This document shows, in pieces, positions 46,891 through 59,917 of a stretch of 64,000 nucleotides of DNA. The notes below the pieces were generated by a model. The model was not told the DNA's origin. It saw only the letters and a list, made by a program, of their open reading frames with translations, and made no database searches. The DNA comes from Fistulifera solaris. Taxonomy: Eukaryota. The DNA is taken from assembly GCA_030295235.1 (NCBI GenBank), contig AP026133.1:248001-312000 (forward strand), read 5' to 3'. The position numbers and the translations under genes were made by a program. Numbering within the stretch: position 1 is the first letter of the stretch; the number at the start of each line of letters is the position of its first letter.

Positions 46891-48260
46891 ATGGCAAGGC
46901 CTCGTCTTGTGCACGAAGGTCTACCGATCGGTGTTTCACCAAGACAGGATGATCACGACGACACGATGATGACCGATATGCCCAATCATACGAGAAATAG
47001 AACTGTAAAGCCGGTCGCTTCGTCTTCTCTACTAAATGCGTTGGGCGGAAAAGCCTTGATGGCGAAACGTGGTACGAAGGCACATAATTCTCGCTTTGTG
47101 ATCGGAGCAGATCGTCAAATGAAGTCTGTTGTCAGTGATGCTCCTACGAGACTTGATCATGCATCGGAACCATCAACGATAACACAGAATCGTCATCAGC
47201 GGAGCAATTTGCAGTGTTCCTCTACTTCGCAACACGCAAGTCAATTCTTCATTGGTGATGATCATCATATGATGACGACAGATACACAGATGCTGTCGCC
47301 AGATCACTGTGATTACTCGAGCCGCCCTAGTCATTACCCCGTGCAGCATCATTCTTCAATCCACTTTTCTCGACAACAGCACCCAGATATTCATTTGTTA
47401 AACAAGAACGCTTGCAACTACTCCAGTACAAATCCACACGAGTTAAGCGGTCTTTCTACTTCCTATCCTCACAACAATCTACAAGGCCCCCAACATCCTG
47501 CAATCCAAAGCGCCACACGCAACGAACCACGACACGGACTCACATCGAAATTGGGAGGGACGAACGGCCTACCGAGCATATGGAGGGCGTGGAAGATCAC
47601 AGCATCAAACCACCGTTGGTGGTTTTGGATGGCGCCAATGTAGCACACGCCTACGGGAAAACACTTCATTCGCGATTGTCTTCCACCGAAGTACAACCGG
47701 ATGCTCGTGGCATCCTCGTAGCGTGTGAGTATTTTGCTCGCGCACACTTGCGCGTATTGGTCGTTTTGCCGGCTCACTGGTTTCAACGCAAGATTAATTC
47801 AGCTTCCTCTACCAGCAATGACACGTTATTGTTCCGAGTGATTGAAGAATTGGATTATCAAGGAATACTGGTTCCGTCTCCACCCAGTGATGATGATGAC
47901 GCTTATGCTTTAACGATTGCGCAGAGAGAGAACACACGAGCTGTCCAGAGTCGTCGACATGGTCCAGGATACGTGCTCTCGAATGATATGTTCCGTGATG
48001 CACAGAATCGAGATGCTAGTGGGAAGTTGAAGAGATGGCTGACTAAAGGTTTGTCCTCGTCTTCTTCCAGTCACGATGACTCCTCCTCCTTAGCAGCAGC
48101 TGCGAATGGATCACAAGAGACGGGGCCGGGTCGTATCTCATATACATTCTGTGATATGGGCCGGATGGATGATCACGGAGAACGAGAGCTAGACTTTATT
48201 CCCAATCCTCGACATCCTCTCATTGCTTGGATCGAAAGTCAACGCCTAACGTCGCTTTGA
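46891..48260 (+). CDS. NYN/PIN-like ribonuclease of the Zc3h12a (regnase) type with a disordered N-terminus (one frameshift)
   Basis: LVVLDGANVAHAYG, PSDDDDAYAL, VLSNDMFRD. Confidence 0.82.
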
Positions 48261-48361
48261 AAGTGTTTTTTAACTAATACTATCAGGTATTACGGAACTA
48301 GCTACTGCTTTATTGAAGGAACGAGATCAGAAAAAACTTTACGTTGCAATCTATACCGAAG

Positions 48362-49138
48362 TTAGCAATCAAAGCCATTTGGTGCCATGTTTCTACGAGA
48401 TACGGCGTAATATTCATCCGCGGGATATTCCTCATTGAATTCTTTTGAGGACTGAACTTTCACAAAAACAGATGCTGTGCGACTGTGCACCCTGCTAGGT
48501 AGGTATCCTGTGCACTTATCCCTGGCTGCTTCATCAAACGGGAAGGGGTTGTGGTAAATATCATCGAACATGGTTCCGAAACCCTCATCGTACCCAGATA
48601 AACTGATTTCGTGATCATCGTTATCATAAACTATGATTTGCCGCGGTATCTTGCTAGCGTGTTTCGACTGCAAGCGTCGTTTGATCGCCAGAATTTCGTG
48701 ACGCTCCTCGGAAGTGGTGGATGTCGATAAATCCTCTTGAATGTAGGCATCCACATCCACAGGTCCTGCATAGTCATCGCGACTTCGGACGAGTTCATGA
48801 GCATTCAGCCGATTGTGATCATCTTCTGTACGCGAATACTGATAGCTCCTTTCTTCGTCGACTACGTTTGGAAGTGGACAGAAGAGAGGCTGAATGATTA
48901 TTTCATCAACAGGTCCAGGGATCTTTGCCTCCGATCTTTGACTGCTCAAATCGGCACGACATTTTTCATTGGTGCTAGGTGTATGATTGCCGGGAAGCAA
49001 AGTTTGTTTGGAAGCTGAACCAAAGGTTCCGCACGAGACGGACTCTTCTACAGTGGATGCCGCCGAAGCTGTGGAGACGACATCTTTCCCTCGGCGCTTA
49101 TTGATAGACTTCCAGAGGCCCAGTCGAGTATTGGGCAT
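48362..49138 (-). CDS. Hypothetical protein
   Basis: Intact 258-aa ATG ORF; no family recognised. Confidence 0.6.
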   Translation of the reverse strand: MPNTRLGLWKSINKRRGKDVVSTASAASTVEESVSCGTFGSASKQTLLPGNHTPSTNEKCRADLSSQRSEAKIPGPVDEIIIQPLFCPLPNVVDEERSYQYSRTEDDHNRLNAHELVRSRDDYAGPVDVDAYIQEDLSTSTTSEERHEILAIKRRLQSKHASKIPRQIIVYDNDDHEISLSGYDEGFGTMFDDIYHNPFPFDEAARDKCTGYLPSRVHSRTASVFVKVQSSKEFNEEYPADEYYAVSRRNMAPNGFDC

Positions 49139-50075
49139 TCTTTACTGATTGTGATTTCAATGATGAATCTGTTGCTTCAATCGTAGAGAAGTGTGTCTTT
49201 GGTTGGAAGGAATGCATGTTGGCTCGTTGCTGTTGTCCTAGTTGATGATATTTCCGTGTTGATTTTTTCGTCCTTTTTCAGCGAAAGAGTGAAGAAAATT
49301 CAGGGAGTTCGCACAAAAACCCACAAGTATCTAACTCAACTGTCGCGGCGAACGGAAAATTCGGAAGCTTCCGACCGATGTCAGCTAACCCACGACTGGT
49401 CAACAGTACACTAATTGAGACAGAAGCAATCCCGGTTATGGCGAACGACTATCAAACGCGGACTGTACAATAATGTTTTGTCGAGAGTAAGGGAATGAGT
49501 GGCCGAATTTTAAGCCACTTCACCTAGGGCGATAAAAAAAATTTATTCCCATTGCGTGATAAGGTCATTCGCTCTTATCGAATGCGTTGCCGACATGGCT
49601 CCGCATTACATCTTGAAAACGGGTGAGCGAACGATGCCAGCAAAAGCGAGAGCTAGACGAACCATTGTTTCAAACGAAAGAACTCTACCACGAACCTAGC
49701 AGGTGCTCCTACTACCGGGCTGTGCGATGCATGCAAGTTAGTCCCATAGATGCGACGCTGCATGCTGTTCACACTTTCAAGATCATGCGGATACCTGCTC
49801 TAGAGCCATGAAGTCTTGGTGTGATCTTCGCAAGGAACAAGAAAAGACGATGAACTTTTACACGAAAAAGATTTTCGAAGGTCTCTAAAGGTAAACGCTT
49901 GGTTATTTCTGCAGGAAAAGTCGAAGAACATCGCACGACGACGATCGGGCAACTCGGTTGCTGTGAGATTAGTCTAGTTTTTATCATACTGATCATACCT
50001 GGTATACCACATCTTAACGAAAAGTCAAAGCGATCTTTGACGCATAAACCAAATTCCTTTTTGCTTCTTACATCG

Positions 50076-50647
50076 TCACAACCGAGACCTTCTTGAAGGA
50101 AGTAGATCATCTGTACCATTAAATCTTTTCTGCAATTCATTTCGCGCATGCCGTTTCAGTCGCATGTAAATTGTCTTTTCCACTGACGTCACCACTCGAC
50201 CCTCCTCGTCCACGATCTCAACGGTGAAGGTTTCGTGGTGTTTGTCACCGGTGGACGTTTTCTCACGGATACGATTCAGTATAGTGTCATCCAATTGGAA
50301 ATCGGCGGTGACGGTTCCTTTCGCCATGGCTATGAATTGGATCTGGGTAGCGGCATCAATCACTTGGTAACGATGGCCCAAAAGCTTGGTCAGCATGAGT
50401 GCATAAAAGGGTCACTCATGCTGGCCAAACTTCCTCCAAAGTGCGAACCAAACACGTTTGTGTTGTAAAATGTCGAGTGCATTTGGACCTGAACACGCCG
50501 AAAGTCGTTTGCTACCTTGGTCACCCATATCCCTGTTCCCCAATAAGGTGGATACCACGACATGGTCCATCGAAAGATCGTCGGACTTTTGAAAATGAAT
50601 TGCATTAGGAAAGAATGTTCCGAAAGTGCAATCTCGGCGACTGTCAA
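50076..50647 (-). CDS. Hotdog-fold thioesterase-like protein (DUF4442/YiiD-like); frameshift near 50400
   Basis: WYPPYWGTGI...NTNVFGSHFGGSLASMSDPF, then LTKLLG.RYQV..A.IQF...AKGTVTADF. Confidence 0.8.
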
Positions 50648-51077
50648 CTTTCTGCAATCAGAAATTTATGATTAGGAAATCAACGAGCGGAGTGCAAAAC
50701 ACCTCGAGACCGGAGGCATTCTCGATTCTTAGCGGCTTTTCAACGTGGACAAATTACAACGCTTACTTGATTTCATTTGCACCATCCGCATTCGATGCAA
50801 ATGGGCACTTGAAACGTGCAAGAACAATCAAGAAGCATCGAGAAAGCTTTCATGAGTACCGGTAGGAGACGATATGAATTGTACTCCGTACAGTACCAGG
50901 CAACCTTCGTACGAAGTATTCTAAAGCTCTTGGAGCCTAGAACGACAATTGTCTTATCTATTTAACACGAGCGCTTTTAGGAGAAGAATGAGTGTGATAA
51001 CTACGAATGTAGCATTATTTTTTAACTTGGGTGAAAACGAAGAATCAAAGTCTATATCGTCAGTCCCACTGACTTAT

Positions 51078-53667
51078 TTATCCCAACGACACGGTCGTGT
51101 TTGCTATGTACAAACTTCCACAAGCACCGCACATTTCATCCGATACTTCTTCCGCTATCACTTCCCCGTTGCTTTCAATGACGCTGCAAGCAGAAGTTTT
51201 GGTAAAGATTGTATAGCTGCATCGTGATTCTATAGAGCTTCGGGAAAGTCCTGAGGAAAGAGCAAGGTAATAAAGACCGCCTTTGGCTGGATTTTCTTTT
51301 CTCCTGGTCTCTGGCCTTGGTTTAAGTTTCTCTTCGTCCATCACGCATCCCGAGTGAACAGCGATGTCGTATAAGCTGCCTCTAGTAGCGCACGGAAAAT
51401 CTTTGGATATAGGTTGGTATTGAGGAACATATTGACCAGCTTTTATCTTGCGTTCGAAAGCTTGAATTCGCTTTTCGACAATAGATTCAGACGATATTGA
51501 ATACATGCCGCCATAACACTGCGAAAGAGCATCACTTTGGTTTTCTGAGGCGAAAACCAAGGGACGCAACAAGATAGGCACTTTGTACCTGTTCTTTCGA
51601 GAACAACGATCATCTAGCTCAGGTAGAAGGACATCTCCGGACACAGGCTCATTTTCTTCAATTCTTGCTGGGACTGGACTTGACACCAACTTGGCAGAAT
51701 ACACGACTCTTTGTTTGCTCGCTTCAGCAGAAAGTAAAGGAGACACTGCGCGAGGATTTTTCTTTTGATAATAACATCAATGTCACTAATGTCTTCAATG
51801 ACCGCGTTAGAAGAGGCTCCATCCAAGGAATCGGAACCGCTCATCCATCCTGATGTATTGGAGTCTGTTGTTGAGTCCATAGAGCTGTCGTCACTTGCGT
51901 TCGAACATCTTTTTCTTAGAATCCCGAATCGATCTACACGGACGGATATTCGTTTCACATCTTTTTTCAATCTCAATGGCTTCCAAGTAACCGTGTGCAG
52001 TGAGAGCTGGCTTTAAGAAAGCACTTCGATCTTCCTGTGAATCTTCCGAGTATTGAACCAGAACTACAGGGCCTTTTTCTTCTGTTCGACATTCTGGAAT
52101 CTCTTCTACATTCGACCGAGCATGTGCATCAGTAAGCTTGACTGCCTTACAGCTCATTGAGTCAACGCTCGCGAACTTACCTTTTAAGGATTCGCCATTA
52201 GGTACCATCTCCGCGTCTTTCTGCGAAATGAAGTGAATTTTTTCGTAATCATTTTGACTTTCAACAGCATGGTTCTTTGCAGGGGACTCTGCTACTGAAG
52301 AGACAGGATATCTGTCAGGGGTCTTCCTTTCGTCAGGTAAAGCAAACGTGACCGATCTCCTTCGCACTTTTGTGGGAAGAGGGTCGCTTTCCTTTACAGA
52401 TCTATTAGGTTGTGACCCAAATGACGAGACCTTTAGTCCGTGTTTTGCTGGCCTTTCAGTTTTGGACTTCTCCTTCATCGCCGGACGCTTCATCCCCGAG
52501 TCCACCAAATCGCTTATTGGAAAAGCGGCAGACTTAAAAAAAGCTATATTGGGGGTAAGTATCAGAATGATCTTCGAAAGACGAGGCTGGTTCCAAGAGA
52601 AGTGATGCCGCTGACAACGCCATCTCCGTTTTTCGTCGATCTTTCACAGTGCGTTTGTTTCGTGAATTGCGTCTACTTGGTCGCGGGGGTTTATCGAATG
52701 TTTTGGAAGTTTCTCTTCTTGTATCATTCGTTTTGTGTAACTGAGAACGATGGTTTAAAACTTTGTCTGTCCTCGGGAGCGATTCTCTATCCCTTTGTTC
52801 CTTCTGTTGCTCATTGTTACGTAATGTTCGATCGTTAGTCGCACTTTCCATCTTCGCAGCGGACATTTCATGGGCCGTTACAGCCGTTGCTCGAATAGTA
52901 GCTGTATGTTTGTCGGATCCTGCTGTATTACATGGCGTTGTGCGGTCTGGATAGTCCACGGCCCTTATACTTGCTTGGGGAGGAATCGACAAGGGACACA
53001 AGTTGGTATGCGGCGGTTCCACAACTTTATGAGGGTATCTTTCACATGCGACCTGTGGCGAGAAAATAGCTGTGGGGAGGTTCCCAGAGCAGGAATTTAT
53101 GTTTGAATCGACAGTTTGAGGGCATTGTTGTGGTGTGTCGGACGAGTCTTCCAACCAAGATGTCGATAATTCTGGACTGGGCGACTGATCACGTATTGGA
53201 ATAACTACACACACATCGTCCTTGATCGAATCTTCAATGTCTTTCAAAGATGGAGCAGGAGGAATTCTACCAATTACCGTCGCTTCCTCAAGGACGGGTG
53301 TTGTTAAGGTCGATGCCGTTGTTTCTTGTGTATTTGCAGTTCGATAGCTGCCATTGGGGGAAGATGTCAGCCTACTGAGCATACTCCGACGATCCTGAAT
53401 TTTACTACCAAGTGTTGTTGTCATGTCAGAGTAACTGAGCGAACTCCTTGTGGGTGACGGGCAATGGGCATTCGAAAGATTTACTTGATCGCCCACGTCC
53501 TGAATGTTTGAATGAGCCACGTGGATTTTGGTTGCAAAAAAGTCGCGCTTTTCCTTCAGAGACCCAAGAAGAGCCCGAGCTCTTCGACTGGCATCCTCCA
53601 GAGTGGGCTTCCGGATGCTTTCCTGGGTTGACGCAGGCATCAGGTCCTCCCCGGTCACATCGAACAT
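51078..53667 (-). CDS. Large low-complexity hypothetical protein (frameshift-split)
   Basis: Four abutting same-strand ORFs (52534-53667, 51891-52508, 51614-51976, 51078-51746), Ser/Thr/Pro-rich. Whether they form one gene is uncertain. Confidence 0.5.
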
Positions 53668-54184
53668 TGTTGTCAGATATCTCGCCTAGAAAAAGCAATT
53701 TAATGGAATAAATAGTAATAGCGCAGCTGAAGGAGATAACAGAATTGATTAGCACCGGAGAGGGTTGATGAGAAGGTTCGTCGATACCAGTACCAATCAT
53801 CTTCGCATAGGAAGCAGGTCTCGATCTCAAGGTTTTCGTTGGAAGGGAGGTTGTTGACTGCAGATAGTGAGGGTGGCCGAAAACACAAAACTTGCCCGCC
53901 TGCCTCGTTTTCTGCTTCTATTGAAGCTTATAGGTCGAAACAAGGTCTCGGGGCTAACAGTACGACCAGTCGTGTACGAGTACCGGTTCGTGTTGCTCGT
54001 GTTTACGACCAACAAATTTGTCGGTATTCAATTTTTTTTATTGATTTTCGTTTGGCTAGGGACAAGCAGCTGAAACAACAAAAATTATAGTTCTTTCCAT
54101 TTTCGATTCTCCAGATATGTTTATCGAGACTTCATCAATCAAATTAGCAAAATAGCAGTTTAAGTCAGTATCCAACAGTCAGTG

Positions 54185-55632
54185 CTACATAGGTGTGCAT
54201 TGCAAGTGGCTCGCCAACTTGTCACGCTCGTAAGCCGCATGCAAAAGAGATTGTAGAGTTGCGATCATTCTATCCAGGCAGTGCCTTCTTTCGACCGTTG
54301 AACCATTATTTCTCCGATCATGACTAACGCTGCGGCAGCACGGATGCGGGAAACATTGGACGATATGACAAGACCACTCGAACCTACCCACCCCTCCTGA
54401 TGACCAAAAACATGCTACCTTCCAGTACCATATTACAAGCCTCGCGTACGGTACGATCGAGATCAATTTTAGTGATTTTCCATAGAGCATCTATCTGCAG
54501 CGACTCTATTATGGCTTGTTGAGCCTTTGCACGTTCTTCTCTACGCATATCAACTTCATTGGGGGCAAGAATCCTGCCAAGCCGTCTGCAGCATCTCGAT
54601 CTGTAAAAGAACTATCTGGTATCTCTCCTGACTCGTTATCCCAGTCCTCAGCGATTGGTGCTTCAAACTTCTCGCCACTATTCGCTCTTTTAACTGTACC
54701 AGATTTCGACATTATCATTTTCCCGGCTGCGAAAGCAGCCTGCACCACATGCTCTGCATGCCGCCAGCGGTCTCTTAAGCTATCCGAAATGCTCACCAAT
54801 GCCGAGTTTGTTATCACACTTGCTTTCGTATGTTGACGGTCTATTCCGAAACTCTTTGGGTTCGCATGATATCGGCGCAAAACTTTTCTCCCAGCGTAAC
54901 GATACGCGCGACCAATACAACGTATAATCTGAGCTCCCATGGGAAGCTTCTTCACACGATCACACTGCGTCACAATGAGATCCGCCAAGAAAGCCTCATC
55001 GACGGACCCTTCCACCAAGGGACGGATCGTCCCCACAATGTTGTTGGCGATGAACTTGACTCGTTGATTGTGTTCTTGTTTGTATCGAACTTGATTGCCC
55101 AAAACGTTAGTTTGAGAGTCCTCAATATGTGGCGGTGTCGGTTGGGAGTGATCTAGCGAATAACCCATCATCTGTAGAAGTTCAATGAGATGGGGGTCTC
55201 TCCCAACGGCATCTTCAAAGCGCCCCGTCAAAAGATAGACAGCGTGCACTGTATCCACCAATCCAAAGCGGTGATAAGGAAGTCGACTACTATCCATCTT
55301 TAATACTTCGTAAGCTTCTCGTATTCTCTCTAGCTGTTGTTCGTTTTCAGCCCGATCCTCTTCATCGTCATTCTTCTTTTTCGTCTTTGCTTGTCGGGGT
55401 GATAGATTCGACTCAGTTTTCGATATGATTTTGTAATTTGCGCAGCTGTAGCATTGGGACTGACTTGAAGAATATCATAAAGGGTTGTATCGTGGGGAGG
55501 CTGCTGCGCATACAAACGATGCATTCGTAGCAACGTGGAAGAAACGTCTGGCACTTTTTCCGCACGAATACTCCAGTGAAGAACGAACTGAGCCAACAAG
55601 AGGACAGAAATTGCAATCAATTTGTTCGTCAT
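54185..55632 (-). CDS. DnaJ-domain co-chaperone with DnaJ-X-like region (frameshift-split)
   Basis: [15 protein letters not shown]...[12 protein letters not shown], then YHRFG...F..AVG and IIRCIGRAY. The 3' boundary is uncertain. Confidence 0.78.
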
Positions 55633-56090
55633 TCCTTCTTTTGAAGGTATTCCTTATCGGCCGATAGCACAAAGCGAAAGAATGCGCAAATGCGATTAAG
55701 AATGACGACGGACGAAACATCGATAGAGATACGCGGTTAATCAGTTGTTTTCATAAAAATGCTCCATTCATGACTCGTGACTCAAAACTCACGAACGCTT
55801 TGGGTTTGAGTTTTGGCGTGACACTCTACTTGTTCCTTCTTGACTTTGACACCGGTCATCGTTACCAAGGTAATGTACAGCGGCACTCAAATCCTTACAT
55901 TACTACGTAAGAACCATCATTGAAGAAGCACGGGAAATTCAGTACTGTGCCGCCTAAGTGAAAGTCTTTTGCTTAATTTTTCACATCATCTTCTCTCCTT
56001 TGCGACCCCCTAAGCTTTCGCAATTACCTCCTAATAACACCGACAAAAAGGCTCATCAGCAACTTTTCTTGCCCCGCAGGCGCTTTCTCA

Positions 56091-56714
56091 ATGGCATCGT
56101 TTCTATCCGAAGCCATGGAATCTCCACGTCCCAATGCGTCGGGGCATCGCGTAACATTCAACAATACGGTAAAGTCATGCATCGTGGAACGAATCACCAT
56201 CATACTGGACCGCGATGAAGTATGGTATTCTTCGCAAGAATGCCAGTCCATGAGAAGACAATGCGAGCAGATTGCTAATTTAGTAAAAGCCGGTGGAAGT
56301 TTTCGAGAATCGGAGAGCAATACCACCCGTGGTCTCGAAGGCATGTTGGCCGAAGATCAATTACGGCGGAGATTCTCAGTAAAATACGCAGTTAGCGAAG
56401 AATTATACCGTCAACGACTGAACGATGAATACGATCCTGATGGTGTAGCAGAAGCGTCTCTGGAGGTTTCAAGAGAATCGGTGGAAGATGCTATTAGGAA
56501 AGCGGAGGGTGATGCCGAAGCGGCTGCCCAATGGATAGAGCAAGTGACACAAAGAGAAGAGGCCGAAGCCACCGCTACAGCTCGAAGGAAATCTCGGGGC
56601 AATAGCTTGATTTCAAATGTCAAGTCGAAGTCTCCCTTCCGAAGGACGAAGTTCATCGAACTATCGAAGGCGGCGAACCCTTTCCGAAAAATGAAAATTA
56701 AAGTGGATGAGTAG
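56091..56714 (+). CDS. Hypothetical protein of the 'RVxF...WY...RGLE' family
   Basis: Intact 207-aa ORF: HRVTFNN...EVWYSSQE...TTRGLEGM. Confidence 0.75.
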   Translation: MASFLSEAMESPRPNASGHRVTFNNTVKSCIVERITIILDRDEVWYSSQECQSMRRQCEQIANLVKAGGSFRESESNTTRGLEGMLAEDQLRRRFSVKYAVSEELYRQRLNDEYDPDGVAEASLEVSRESVEDAIRKAEGDAEAAAQWIEQVTQREEAEATATARRKSRGNSLISNVKSKSPFRRTKFIELSKAANPFRKMKIKVDE

Positions 56715-57497
56715 AAGCGGACGTAAAGCGCTATTCCGATCAATGACGGAAATGGGCGTAAAATAACTTCATCATAAATTTGATTTGCAACTCGTTGTCT
56801 TGTCGTTGGTGCCAAAACAAGCATTTGACATTGTAGTCACAAAAATCGTTCGTGATTTATGACTCACGACTAATTGCTGCAATCCTGTCACGAAAATATG
56901 CGATATCCTTTTTGAGAGTATGTCTCGGAGGTTGATCGACGCATTATAGGTTGGAAGGATGCATAGTAAATTCGGGTCATACCAGGTACTATTTCTGCGT
57001 TGTTAGGTCCATTGCATCTGGCTGGGTATCGTGACTCATTTCCGGCCTCCATTCGACAAAGTGATTGCAAGAAGTAACAGCAAACTAAAAATCACTGGAA
57101 AGTGCTGGGCAAGAAGAATCGAAGAATCATTGGTTGTTCGTGATGCGAGAAACACGACGTAGTTTTTTGCCAGCCAATCATGACTGAGGCAAAACCCAAT
57201 CACGGACAAAGCTTGTAAGTACTCCGTATAACGCGGGGGGTACAATACGGCATAGGGTGCCGGTACTGACCAGTACCGGTACGTCACTCCGTGGCCCTCA
57301 CATCTGGCTGAACAAAAACTACTACGAACGACGTCAAAATAATAATGATGAGCAAGAAAAAGAATCTGCCCAAATCAATTCATCATTCTATATTGAAAAG
57401 ACTTAGCGCTCCAGAATACACTTTGTCATTTAACAGCCTTCTTTCTTGCATGTTGTCTTTTGTCATTCGGAGAAGTCTACTGTTTTCCACGTTCGCA

Positions 57498-58460
57498 ATG
57501 AGCACAAAAACCGCTAACGACTGTGTACGGATGCCGTCGATCGGACTCGGGACGTACCTTTTAGAACCGAGTCAAGTTAAGCCTGCCTTGCAATCGGCTA
57601 TATTGGAAGCTGGCTACCGTCGGATCGATTGTGCACCTGTGTACTTCAATGAAGACGCTATTGGTGATGCGTTGCACGATATTCTTTCGTCACAAAATGA
57701 GGTCCAACGCAAAGATCTGTACATTGTCAGCAAGTTGGCCAGTCCGTTTCATCGCGACGTCGAAGCTGCAGTACGGAAGACACTTTTAGATTTGAGGCTG
57801 GACTATTTAGATCTGTACTTGATTCATTGGCCAGTTGCCTTTCGTCTGGTTCCCATTCCTCAAGGAATTCGGGGCTGGGAGAATGAAGACATTGATGATA
57901 GTGCGGGCGGAAAGAATATTGATACATCGGTTTCTGTGCACGAAACATGGCAAGGAATGCAGGAAGTTGTGAGAAAAGGTCTCGTGCGAGAGATTGGCGT
58001 ATCGAATTTTCCGGTTATGCTACTTCATGAACTTCTGTCCAAGAATCCTGAGATACCCCCGGCTGTGAATCAGTGCGAAATGCATCCTTATTTATCACAA
58101 AGACCGCTTCGCGCCTATTGCAAAGCCAGAGGAGTCCAATTTCAAGCATATAGCCCCTTGGGAAGTGGCGGGTATATCGAGAGCGGCGAGCCGAATCTCT
58201 TAGCAGACCCTGTCTTGCTCGAGCTAGCACAAAATCACAATGCGACACCCGCTCAAATAGCACTGGCGTGGGCTTTGCAGTACGATACCAGCGTGGTAGT
58301 CAAAAGCTCCTCGCTCGCTCACCAAAAAGAGAATATGGCCGCTGCTTCGCTCATTCTAGACAGGTCAGTCCTACAAAGGATCGATGATTTGAACCGTAAT
58401 TACAGGTTCTTTCGCCCAGAAGACTGGTGGCCTGAGCTAGCAATTGCAGTTTTTCATTAA
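57498..58460 (+). CDS. Aldo/keto reductase (AKR1-like NADPH-dependent reductase)
   Basis: MPSIGLGTY, GYRRIDCAPVYFNE, LDYLDLYLIHWP, IGVSNF, NQCEMHPY, AYSPLGS, AQIALAWALQ. Confidence 0.93.
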   Translation: MSTKTANDCVRMPSIGLGTYLLEPSQVKPALQSAILEAGYRRIDCAPVYFNEDAIGDALHDILSSQNEVQRKDLYIVSKLASPFHRDVEAAVRKTLLDLRLDYLDLYLIHWPVAFRLVPIPQGIRGWENEDIDDSAGGKNIDTSVSVHETWQGMQEVVRKGLVREIGVSNFPVMLLHELLSKNPEIPPAVNQCEMHPYLSQRPLRAYCKARGVQFQAYSPLGSGGYIESGEPNLLADPVLLELAQNHNATPAQIALAWALQYDTSVVVKSSSLAHQKENMAAASLILDRSVLQRIDDLNRNYRFFRPEDWWPELAIAVFH

Positions 58461-58714
58461 TCAATGACTTTTAAATTTCATAAAGTGTAATTTCTTCGAA
58501 GTTTTCTACATCATCGATGTTGATTGTTGTTTGGAGCTTACGAAGCTCAATGACGTTAAGCGAAGTCGTGGCTTTCGTGTAATCTACTTCATAGCTTTCA
58601 CAATTGAAGAGGTCTCTTGTACTTCCGCCCATCATCTCCACTCACTCGCTGTCGACTAAACACTCTGCAGGTGTACGGGTGTTGTCGATTGCATATTCAT
58701 TACTAAGCAGCTGT

Positions 58715-59180
58715 TCAAAACCATTGCCGTGAGGTTGCAGTCTGTGAGCCTCGCGAAACTTGGTCCTTGACAGATGCTACCGTCTTCTCCAAGGCACGCT
58801 GCCACTTGCTCACAGGAGGCGGCTCGGGCATCGGCATGCCTTGTTCGACACAACGTTGACATTCTCGTCTATAAGCCACTCGGGCAATGCTTTCCTGATG
58901 CAATGACACAAAAGCTTCACTGGCCATTCGTGAGGTAAGTGCACTACCCACCAAACTACCGGCTGTACTCAACCACCTCCCCCCCTGTACTGTTGTTACC
59001 CAACCGACTTCCCACGACGGACCCAATCAAACTTCCCACAATCGAAATGACTCCCAGTGCTGCGGCTAATTCCTCTTCCGACAAACCGGCTACTGTTTCA
59101 TCAAAAACATCGCGGTAACTTTCATACGATTGCGTCGGAGGACTAAAAATTCGTCCACGGGCCGATCTCAAAGCGGCATC
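58715..59180 (-). CDS. Small hypothetical membrane protein (frameshift-split; start uncertain)
   Basis: ORFs 58956-59171 and 58715-59026 overlap at a C-run; glycine-zipper-like GSLIGSVVGS / GSLVGS. Confidence 0.4.
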
Positions 59181-59917
59181 ATATTGACCTCGCCGTTGAT
59201 CATCACTGAGAGTCTCATACGCTTGCCCTATCTCTACGAATTTCGCTTTCGCTTCTTCTGTGTTTGTGGGATTTTTGTCTGGATGATGCTGTTCATTGAT
59301 GTGAGATCAATTCCCGTGATTTGGAAACGAGGAAGACGCCAGTAACGCATACCTTGAGTGATAATTGTAGATACGCCTGCCGTATTGTTTTCGAATCTGC
59401 TGAGGGATCCACTCCTAATACGTCATAGTACGATCGAGACGCCATATTTCGACAATGAGAGACTCTTGTTTTTTATATTTCACGATGATCTCGGATTGAT
59501 CGTAAGTTCATGCGTGTCATGGTCGCGTCGAAAGGAAAAAATATGCTCCGTAATACGAACGACGACACAGGCAGATTCAATCACGGTTGTTTGGTGACTG
59601 CTTTGGAAAGAGAAAAATGATGACGTCTCTACTGACCATGCTACTCTAGGAATATCGTATAGTCAGAATTTTTCGCAATCAAGCCGTTGCGGAAGAGTCT
59701 ATGAATAGTAAATCGTAATTACGACGGTTTTTATTTAATACAGACGTTATAAGCGAAGTTTCACTTATTTTGGCGAGAACGTGAACGGACAAGCAATACT
59801 CCGCACCTCGAACGGATCTATTGTTGATCAACGAGGCGCACACTCGCTTCCATTGTCAAGCTATCGTTTGTCGTCTTGTTGCGCACCCATCGTGTAAAAA
59901 GTCAATTGTTTGTCAAG

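Noticed and set aside
7673..57038. AP-1-like TGA(C/G)TCA sites in several intergenic regions (7673, 28641, 42071, 55778, 56860, 57032)
   Set aside because: About 8 are expected by chance in 64 kb and others occur in CDS, so enrichment cannot be shown by eye.
59615..59640. Box C/D snoRNA (ATGATGA...CTGA)
   Set aside because: The boxes are only ~10 nt apart, and I found no downstream box D or terminal stem.
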